A stretch of DNA of 64,000 bases, taken from NCBI GenBank assembly GCA_963668315.1, contig OY764216.1:4288001-4352000 (forward strand), read 5' to 3'. Position numbers and translations under genes: made by a program. The notes beneath the pieces are model-generated. The model worked only from the letters and a program-made list of their open reading frames with translations. It had not been told where the DNA came from and did no database searches. The DNA comes from Spirochaetia bacterium. GTDB taxonomy: Bacteria; Spirochaetota; Spirochaetia; DSM-2461. Positions 39,925-47,898 of the stretch are shown here, one piece after another. How positions within the stretch are numbered: position 1 is the first letter of the stretch; each line of letters opens with the position of its first letter.

Positions 39925-40908
39925 ATGATAAAGAACGATTCCTATTCATTGGATACTCTGAAGTTAAACTGGGAAGAAGAAGCCGATCGCATATGCCGAA
40001 CGATCACTGAAAAGATGACATCAGACTTTAAAAGAAAAGGCCTAGTTGTTGCCATGTCCGGCGGTATAGACAGCAGCACCGTAGCCGGCCTCGCAGTAAG
40101 GGCATTAGGCAAAGATAGAGTTGTCGGACTTCTTATGCCGGAGAAACACTCTTCCAGTGAAACCCTTGGTTTAAGCCAGAGCGTTGCCGATGCCTTTGGC
40201 ATTGAAACAGTCTATGAAGATATATCCGATATTCTCGAAGCTCTGGGCTGCTATAGAAGACAGAACGAAGCGGTCAAGCAGATCATTCCCGAATTCGATG
40301 AAAACTGGAAATTCAAAATAGTTCTCCCAAACGTCATAGAAGGAGGAACTCTGAGAGTCTATAAAGTCATAGCCCAGTCACCGGAGGGTGATACAATAGA
40401 AAAAAGACTCCCTACGGCCTCTTATATGGGCATAGTCGCTGCGACGAATTTCAAACAGAGGGTGAGGAAGATGCTGGAATACTTCCATGCGGATAGATTG
40501 AATTTTGCTGTAGCCGGAACGCCGAACAGACAGGAGTATGATCAGGGATTCTTCGTAAAACTGGGAGACGGCGCAGCCGACATCAAACCGATTGCCCATC
40601 TCTACAAAACACAGGTATATAAAATGGCGGCTTTCCTGGGTGTACCAGATGATATATTGAACCGTCCTCCCACAACCGATACCTACTCACTTTCCCAGGG
40701 ACAGGACGAATTCTACTTTTCTCTCCCCTACGATAAAATGGATCTCTGCCTATTCGGTCTCAATAACAATATTCCTGTTGACGAGGTAGCCTCAGCAACG
40801 GGAATCACAGTAGAACAGGTAAAGATGGTCTATGGTGACATTGAGCAGAAAAGAAGAACCACTAGGTATCTTCATCTTGCTCCCCAATTGGTGGATGATT
40901 TTTTTTAG
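39925..40908 (+). CDS. nadE: NH3-dependent NAD+ synthetase-like protein (cluster-associated NadE paralog)
   Basis: AMSGGIDSS, NFKQRVRK, GTPNRQE..GFFVKLGDG, LYKTQV, PPTTD. Confidence 0.8.
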   Translation: MIKNDSYSLDTLKLNWEEEADRICRTITEKMTSDFKRKGLVVAMSGGIDSSTVAGLAVRALGKDRVVGLLMPEKHSSSETLGLSQSVADAFGIETVYEDISDILEALGCYRRQNEAVKQIIPEFDENWKFKIVLPNVIEGGTLRVYKVIAQSPEGDTIEKRLPTASYMGIVAATNFKQRVRKMLEYFHADRLNFAVAGTPNRQEYDQGFFVKLGDGAADIKPIAHLYKTQVYKMAAFLGVPDDILNRPPTTDTYSLSQGQDEFYFSLPYDKMDLCLFGLNNNIPVDEVASATGITVEQVKMVYGDIEQKRRTTRYLHLAPQLVDDFF

Positions 40909-42428
40909 ACGGAAGCAAGCTGGATTTTCATGATTTTCCCCGACTCATTTTTCGGGAGTTTATCCAGAAAAATGATCTGTTGGGGAACTTTATAGGAAGC
41001 TAACCTATTCTTTAAATGTCTTTTCACTTCCTCTTCGCAGAGAGTAACTCCATCTTTAATAACAATAAATGCAACTGCAATCTCCCCCATCATTTCATCC
41101 TTTTTAGCTATCACCGCAGTTTCATGAACTTCATTCAGTTCAAGAATTTTCTCCTCAATCTCCTTGGCACTGACGCGGAACCCTTTAATTTTTAAAATAT
41201 CCTTGCTTCTTCCCGTAATAAAGATAAAACCTTCTTCATCCCGATACCCCAGATCCCCGGTAAAATAAAATCCTTTCCTCAATACACTTGCAGTACTTTC
41301 TGGATCCTTCCAATATCCCTTCATAATATTGGAACCTCGTGCGGCTATCTCCCCGTTCTCTCCTTGAGCCACTTCATGGCCCTCCTCATCGGCAATAATC
41401 AAATCTACATTATCCACGGGCGTTCCAATAGACCCCCATTTACTTTCTAGCAACTCCGGTTCCAGGTAGGAAAGACGAGGGGCCGCTTCAGTGGCTCCAT
41501 ACATAACATAAAGAACGGCCGGAGCAAACTGTTTGACTACTTCCTTCTGGACAGCGGGAGCCATTGCACCACCCGCCTGAGTCACATAACGTAAGGAGGG
41601 AAGCTCACAACTGAACAAATTGGATTTATTGAGTAATATGGAAAAAGTTGATGGAACACCAGCAAATCCTGTCACCCCGGTTTCTGCCATCGTTTCAAGG
41701 ACCTTATTGGGATACATAAAACGGTTATCTATAACAACTTGCCCCCCCACAAGAAAATGCGTCAGGAGCAGAGATTTACCATATATATAATAAAAAGGAA
41801 GAACTACCATCACTTTGTCCTCTTCCGTTAAATGAAGGTAAGAAGCAATCGACCTCATGTTGGAAACCAGGTTCAGATGCGTCAGCATAACCCCCTTAGG
41901 TTCTCCCGTCGAACCGGATGTATAAACTATTTCAGCCAGATCTATATCGATACCCCTCACAGGGGAAGGTTCTGAACCATAAGTTGAAAGTACATCAGAG
42001 TAAATACTTAACTCTCCTTCAGGGAATGAATCATTCTCTAAATCTCTATCAACCATTAAGTATTTAAGCTGAGAACAGGTTGATAGCATATCCTTTAGCT
42101 TACGGAACGTTTTAGCCTGTGTGATGAATACATTCGCATCGGAATTCTCTATCTGGTAGTGCAGAACAGCAGAACTGAGAAGCGGATTCATTGCGACAGC
42201 CACACCACCAGCCTTTAATATCCCAAAGTACACAGAAAGATGATAAAAGGAGTTATCAATAAGAAAGGCAACTCGGTCACCTCTCTTTATCCTACCCGTT
42301 AACCAGTTAGCAAGAGAATTGGCAGTTTCATTCAATTCCCTGTAGGTTAATGTTTCCCTATTATGCCAGACCGCTGTCCTGTCCGGTACATCTATAGCCT
42401 TTCTTTCCAATAATTCCTGTACTTGCAT
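40905..42428 (-). CDS. Class I adenylate-forming enzyme (acyl-CoA/ACP ligase, AMP-forming)
   Basis: YTSGSTGEPKG, MYGATEA, FTGDLG, GRSKD..K..G.RV, PKNESGK. Confidence 0.9.
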   Translation of the reverse strand: MQVQELLERKAIDVPDRTAVWHNRETLTYRELNETANSLANWLTGRIKRGDRVAFLIDNSFYHLSVYFGILKAGGVAVAMNPLLSSAVLHYQIENSDANVFITQAKTFRKLKDMLSTCSQLKYLMVDRDLENDSFPEGELSIYSDVLSTYGSEPSPVRGIDIDLAEIVYTSGSTGEPKGVMLTHLNLVSNMRSIASYLHLTEEDKVMVVLPFYYIYGKSLLLTHFLVGGQVVIDNRFMYPNKVLETMAETGVTGFAGVPSTFSILLNKSNLFSCELPSLRYVTQAGGAMAPAVQKEVVKQFAPAVLYVMYGATEAAPRLSYLEPELLESKWGSIGTPVDNVDLIIADEEGHEVAQGENGEIAARGSNIMKGYWKDPESTASVLRKGFYFTGDLGYRDEEGFIFITGRSKDILKIKGFRVSAKEIEEKILELNEVHETAVIAKKDEMMGEIAVAFIVIKDGVTLCEEEVKRHLKNRLASYKVPQQIIFLDKLPKNESGKIMKIQLASV

Positions 42429-42618
42429 TTTCTCACCCCTATAATAGATATATAATCTATTGAAATATATTTTTCAAATTATTAAGGAAGAAAGGCTATG
42501 ATAAAGTTATAGCTTTAATTTACAATAAATAATAATAGAAATTGTACATTAGATTTCCCTCTTTTATATTTCATTATTTCTTCTAATAGTGTTAGAATTA
42601 TATAAGGGTTATTTTATT

Positions 42619-44265
42619 ATGAGATTCACTCTTCTTTTTTTTTCAACGATAATATTTTACTCATGTATCTCTATAGAAAGCGTGACGATTCAGCAAACCG
42701 AAGATATAGGATGGACAGCATATGAACCGTCTCAAGACAGTAGAGTCATCTATGTGAGCTCTTCCACGGGAAACGATAAAAATGACGGTTTAACAGAAAC
42801 ATCGCCGGTAAAGACCATTGTCCGGGGGGCGGAGCTTGTAAGGGACGGAGAAAATGATTTCCTTCTCCTTCACAGAGGGGATACCTGGCGAGATGAATCC
42901 CTTTACCGGTTCAAATCCGGTAAGGATGCCGCTCATCCTCTGGTAATCGCATCCTATGGAACATCGGACAAACTGCCGCGCATAGAATTGGATGGTTATT
43001 TCATTAATCATAATGGTAAAGCCAGGAATTACGTAGCGATAATGGATCTTGAGTTCGTCTATTACCCGAAAGTTCCGACGGATCCGGAATTCAGCGGTAC
43101 GGGAAAAGGTGGTCTGCGTTATGTAGGCGGTGGTACGGAATTCCTGATCGAAGGCTGCCGCTTTACCTATTGCGAATTGATCATTCAATCCTACGGAGGT
43201 TACCATTACGATAAAGTAACCATCCGGAGGAATGTGATTGAGAAGAGTTACCATCGGGACACGTCAAACCGAAATTCATCCCATAGACCCTCCGGACTAT
43301 ATGCCCACCATGTGGATAATCTCCTTATAGAAGAAAATGTGTTCGACCATAACGGATGGAATGAAGATGTGGAAACGGCGGATGCTTCCATGTTCAATCA
43401 TAATATGTACCTTAGCGAATGTGACAGTCTGATTGTTCGTAAAAACATTATTACCCGAGCCTCTAGCATGGGAATAAAACTTCGCTCCGATGGTACGGAC
43501 GGTTCAAAGGGAACCGTTATTTCCGATAATGTTATCGCCGATGGAGAGATCGGTCTGAGTATAGGAGGCAACAGTCATGAATCCCGAAGGTTTGAAGATG
43601 TTCTCATCAAAGGAAATGTTTTTTCCCAGATCGGCCTCAGTAATCCCACTAATCGAAACTTCTCCTGGTATTTGGATGTCCAGGATAATGCCCAGACAAT
43701 GATAAGGGATAACTACTTTCTAAACCAGCCCTGGTATGACAACAGTTTTGGCATCATTATGCAGGGAGACTCACAGCAGGGCGTTACTATTTTGAATAAT
43801 ATGTTCTATGGAATACGCCGTCAGTCCCTCTATATGCAATTGGGAAGGGATTGGTCGGACATATCCATATCGGCTAACACCTTCATAAGTCCCGATTTCA
43901 GTTTCCCTCTGGTTTATGTGCGTGACGGAGCGGTGGAAAGCATCAGTTTTTCTGACAACCGTTATTTCTCCATCGACAGCAGCAATATGTTTACAACACG
44001 CAACACCGGTCATAATGATGAACATCCGACGATGCGTAGTTTGGACGAGTGGATGGCGATCTCCGGAGAAAATGGAGGAAAACGCACTAATCCGGATTAC
44101 AGAGATCCCGAAAGGACGTTGGGCAGCTATGCCGGAACTTTGGGCCTCGAATCCAATATGCTCGCCTTTATTGAAGAAGCCCGCCTCCAGAATCGTTTGA
44201 ACTGGCGCGTTGAGTATACGGCCGCTAGGATAAAAGAGTATATTATTAATGGGTTTACGGAATAG
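42619..44265 (+). CDS. Secreted lipoprotein with right-handed beta-helix, paralog 2
   Basis: Collinear with 30921..32567. The probable start ATG at 42619 gives signal peptide MRFTLLFFSTIIFYSC (ORF track start is 42589). Confidence 0.75.
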   Translation: MRFTLLFFSTIIFYSCISIESVTIQQTEDIGWTAYEPSQDSRVIYVSSSTGNDKNDGLTETSPVKTIVRGAELVRDGENDFLLLHRGDTWRDESLYRFKSGKDAAHPLVIASYGTSDKLPRIELDGYFINHNGKARNYVAIMDLEFVYYPKVPTDPEFSGTGKGGLRYVGGGTEFLIEGCRFTYCELIIQSYGGYHYDKVTIRRNVIEKSYHRDTSNRNSSHRPSGLYAHHVDNLLIEENVFDHNGWNEDVETADASMFNHNMYLSECDSLIVRKNIITRASSMGIKLRSDGTDGSKGTVISDNVIADGEIGLSIGGNSHESRRFEDVLIKGNVFSQIGLSNPTNRNFSWYLDVQDNAQTMIRDNYFLNQPWYDNSFGIIMQGDSQQGVTILNNMFYGIRRQSLYMQLGRDWSDISISANTFISPDFSFPLVYVRDGAVESISFSDNRYFSIDSSNMFTTRNTGHNDEHPTMRSLDEWMAISGENGGKRTNPDYRDPERTLGSYAGTLGLESNMLAFIEEARLQNRLNWRVEYTAARIKEYIINGFTE

Positions 44266-44387
44266 ATTTTAATTCTTGTTAATTTTTCCAATTATAAAGG
44301 CACCAATGTTTTTTTATACAGATTTAAGGTATATTAAACATAATATAATTATTTTATTGTATCCTCTTGTTTACCGGAGATTAAAAA

Positions 44388-46013
44388 GTGTTATTTCAAT
44401 CAAAATCTTTTCACTATATTGAAAAGGTCCTTCTATTTATTCTAATAATGTCCTTTTCCAGTTGTGAAGGCTTAGCTGATAAGTTCAGCTCAGAAGTCAT
44501 TAATGTTACAGGAATTACAGTTACTCCTGAAGAAAGTATATTAACCGTTGGAGATACGGCACAAATTTCTTCAATAATATCCCCGGAAAACGCCACATTC
44601 CCTGAGGTAACCTGGACAACTTCAGATACAGCTATCGTCACAGTCGATACCAATGGAAAAGTAACCGCCTTAACAGCAGGGGCGGCCACAATTACAGTTA
44701 CCACTGAAGACGGAAATTTCTCGGCTGAATCAAAGATTACCGTTGTCAGAGCGACTATTCCTGTGACAGGCGTATCAGTAACACCTCCAACAAAAAACCT
44801 GACCGAAGGAGACTCTGCTCAATTTACAGCTGCCATTTCTCCTTCTGATGCGACAAATACCAATGTTAGCTGGACGACATCTAATTCGGCTATCGTCACA
44901 GTCGATACCAATGGAAAAGTTACCGCCTTAACAGCCGGTTCAGCCACAATTATTGTCACCACCGAAGACGGGGATTTCATGGCTGAATCTATTATTACAG
45001 TCAATGAGAGCCAAGCTGATCTTTGTATCGTCTCCTTAAATACGATGGGAGGTTCTACTCTCGATGAAATTTCGGCTCAAGTAAACGATCTACTTAATGA
45101 ACCGATAGAACCAACAAAGGCAAATTTTATTTTTGACGGATGGTATAAAAGCGACTATTACTATGAGGAATGGGATTTTGATAATGATAGAGTAATTGAC
45201 GATATGATACTCTACGCCAGATGGACAGAAACCTTCGACAGCTCTGGGAAACCGACCCTAGACAGTACAGCTCTCACCTATAACGAGGATTCATCAAAAA
45301 CCTATAAAGTTCAGGAACCCTGGAATTACTATAAAACATATAATGCGGATCGTGAATATCCACTTGTGATAGCACTACACGGATGGACATCCCTGCTAAA
45401 CCATTATTATGCCCCCGTTATTCTAAACGATGATGAAGAGGCTCAGGAATATCCTTGTTTTTATCTGGCCCCGAATCATGGTGGTTATGGTTCATGGAGC
45501 GAAACAGATGGAGACATCCAATGGATACGGGATCTAATCGAAGAGCTCATATCCGAATACAGGATAGATACAAACCGTATCTATATCATCGGCTTCTCCA
45601 TGGGCGGTTCCGGCTCTTATTACTTTGCAGAGGAACTCTATGCAGATAAAGGTCTTATGACTGCTGGAATCATACGCTGCGCCGGTGCTTCGAATTCCGA
45701 TCTACCCGAAGAAATGGCAAAAAAGATCGGTGTCTGGTACAACTACGGCTTAAGCGATAGCTCTGATATTCTCACTGTAGCGGAAAATGCCTTCGATTTC
45801 ATAAAAGGCCTTTCCTGTTATACCGATGCATCTGAAACAATTGTAGAAGATACAATGGGCGGTTATGACAGAACGACATCTATATTGAATATGGATGGCA
45901 TCGAGTTCTTCAGATTTAGTCAGTATACAGGTATGGGCCATTCATCCACCCCAGTATGGCAAGACCCAGACTTACTTAAATGGTTGTTCTATCAATCACT
46001 GGAAAAATGGTAA
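44388..46013 (+). CDS. Lipoprotein: two Big_2 Ig-like domains, an InlB-B-like repeat and an alpha/beta-hydrolase domain
   Basis: Lipobox-like FSSC; two VTG..V...WTTS...VTVD..GKVTA repeats 258 bp apart; EPTK.NF.FDGWY...LYARW; YPLVIALHG and GFSMGG. Confidence 0.8.
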   Translation: MLFQSKSFHYIEKVLLFILIMSFSSCEGLADKFSSEVINVTGITVTPEESILTVGDTAQISSIISPENATFPEVTWTTSDTAIVTVDTNGKVTALTAGAATITVTTEDGNFSAESKITVVRATIPVTGVSVTPPTKNLTEGDSAQFTAAISPSDATNTNVSWTTSNSAIVTVDTNGKVTALTAGSATIIVTTEDGDFMAESIITVNESQADLCIVSLNTMGGSTLDEISAQVNDLLNEPIEPTKANFIFDGWYKSDYYYEEWDFDNDRVIDDMILYARWTETFDSSGKPTLDSTALTYNEDSSKTYKVQEPWNYYKTYNADREYPLVIALHGWTSLLNHYYAPVILNDDEEAQEYPCFYLAPNHGGYGSWSETDGDIQWIRDLIEELISEYRIDTNRIYIIGFSMGGSGSYYFAEELYADKGLMTAGIIRCAGASNSDLPEEMAKKIGVWYNYGLSDSSDILTVAENAFDFIKGLSCYTDASETIVEDTMGGYDRTTSILNMDGIEFFRFSQYTGMGHSSTPVWQDPDLLKWLFYQSLEKW

Positions 46014-46800
46014 TTGACAAAATAACCAATATTCAAAAAATGGGAGAGATTGAGGTTTATTTTTTCTTTCTCTCCCAATAATATTCCCATGGTTAGCATC
46101 TATAAGAATAACATATTCAATGGGATTATTATGTAATTTCATCTGCATAAAAAAGGCATTGGATTCCTCTAAAGTTGTTATCTGGTCTTTTTCAGAATGA
46201 ACTAATAGACAAGGCGGATAATTTGCAGAAACATGATGAAGAGGAGAGAAGTCAAACGAGTCATTCATTAAAAGATCGGCACCAAAACCGGTCTCTGTCG
46301 TATTGAGAACAGGATTAAACAGGGCAACTCCGCAGGGCTTCTTTTTGAAAAGAATAGACCTGCCAGCGCCCCAGAAGGCCATATGTACCCCTCCACCGAC
46401 AAGAAAGATCTTATCCTCATCAATCCTATAAGATTCTGAATGCTCTCTGACCCAAAAATAGGCACCATAACAATCTTCCAGAGACTCCCGGGGAGATGCG
46501 CTATTACGGTTAGCCAATCGGTACTGTACCCCCAAACAGAAAAGCCCTCTTGAGAGCAATAGGAACAATACCTATGAAATTCCATTGGAGTTCCATACTG
46601 CCATGCCCCCCATGGTAGAAAGTCAAAGCAGCGTCCTTCTTCACTTCCTCTCTTGCAGGATAAATATATAAGTTTAGACTTTCCTCATTAATTAGCTTGT
46701 ATCTAACCTTCTCATAATGGAAATATTCAGAACAACAGTTAAGAAGAAGGATCTCTAAAAAGAGGATTCCTATAAATTTACCAACTTTACTTAATCTCAT
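45996..46800 (-). pseudogene. Frameshifted alpha/beta-hydrolase (HGG-motif esterase)
   Basis: Three consecutive frames (FYHGG / AWQYGTPMEFHRYCSYCSQEG / FCLGVQYRL...FNPV...PP.LLVH) join if G6 becomes G7 and T4 becomes T5. The nucleophile elbow reads GGGVH, without Ser. Confidence 0.7.
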
Positions 46801-47890
46801 TCCTATCGGGCTTCCAATTCAGCAAACGCCTCTCCACAATCTGTTGAATGACAATATCCGGTTTATATTCATCAACAAAATCGCTGTCAAAATTATCGGA
46901 CCTGATAAAAACGGCTTCTTTAAAATGTTCGGCCAGAAGAGGAATCAGGGCTACACCGAAAGAGTCATGGAAGATAAGGGCTTTACCGAGTTCACCGGAA
47001 TCATTCTTTGTATGGAGCCGGCCGACATGTTGCACGTCTATCATTTGTAAATCAATCTTGTCACCGTTAAACAGGGTGGCATGGGGTTCTGAATTGACAT
47101 GATAAAGATTATCGTGCAAAGAATCATCAAGCCCCATGAGCCTAGCTAAATCTCCCCCGTTTACTCCTTCGATTATTACATCAGGCTCCCTATCCCCTGG
47201 ACGTATTTGAGGATAGTTCCGGCGCAAGGAATCAAGAATGGCAAGATAGGCATAGTAGGCTCCTAATTCATTCCAATGAGTATCTGTTTTGTAATAGAGC
47301 GGATAAGACCCTTTACTGCAAATTAAAGAATCGAACACATTAATATAATCTATTCCCCACTCCCCCATCAGATTTTCCAGGCTATCCCTTCTGGAAAGAT
47401 CGCTAACCGGTTCATAAAACTTGTCCGGCAGGAATTCGGGATAAATATTAGACTTGTCCGGACTGATGGTAAAGTAGTAGGAACACCCCAGTTCCCTACA
47501 GAAATCATTCCGAAATTGAAGGACATCTTTCCACAACCGAACGTCATCATCGGTGAATCCATAGATATTCCTGTGATTGTCCAATGCTTTCTCATCGGCG
47601 AGAAAAAGCCATCCCTCCATACCCATGAGGACTTTCTGTGATGATGAAATATGAAACAGCTTTGTTTTAATTAAACCATTTATTTTTATGAGCCGGTCAC
47701 GAAAAGCATAATTCTCGCCGTAGGTATATTTTGCTTTACCAATCCTATGAATTAAATCGATGAGGTTTATCGTATTATGCTCTTCTATCCTGACTTTTCC
47801 CTCTCCTACTAGCCCGATAAGGGGAAGCAGTAAAAGGAAAAGAAAAATCAGGGAAAGGGCAATCTCTATTTTTTTTATTATATTCATCAT
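46787..47890 (-). CDS. algJ: AlgJ/AlgX-family SGNH O-acetyltransferase
   Basis: G.EGWLFL, SPDKSNIYPEFLP, YYKTDTHWN..GA, GGDLAR, FHDSF, VERR. Confidence 0.8.
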   Translation of the reverse strand: MMNIIKKIEIALSLIFLFLLLLPLIGLVGEGKVRIEEHNTINLIDLIHRIGKAKYTYGENYAFRDRLIKINGLIKTKLFHISSSQKVLMGMEGWLFLADEKALDNHRNIYGFTDDDVRLWKDVLQFRNDFCRELGCSYYFTISPDKSNIYPEFLPDKFYEPVSDLSRRDSLENLMGEWGIDYINVFDSLICSKGSYPLYYKTDTHWNELGAYYAYLAILDSLRRNYPQIRPGDREPDVIIEGVNGGDLARLMGLDDSLHDNLYHVNSEPHATLFNGDKIDLQMIDVQHVGRLHTKNDSGELGKALIFHDSFGVALIPLLAEHFKEAVFIRSDNFDSDFVDEYKPDIVIQQIVERRLLNWKPDRNEIK

Positions 47891-47898
47891 AATTAAAC

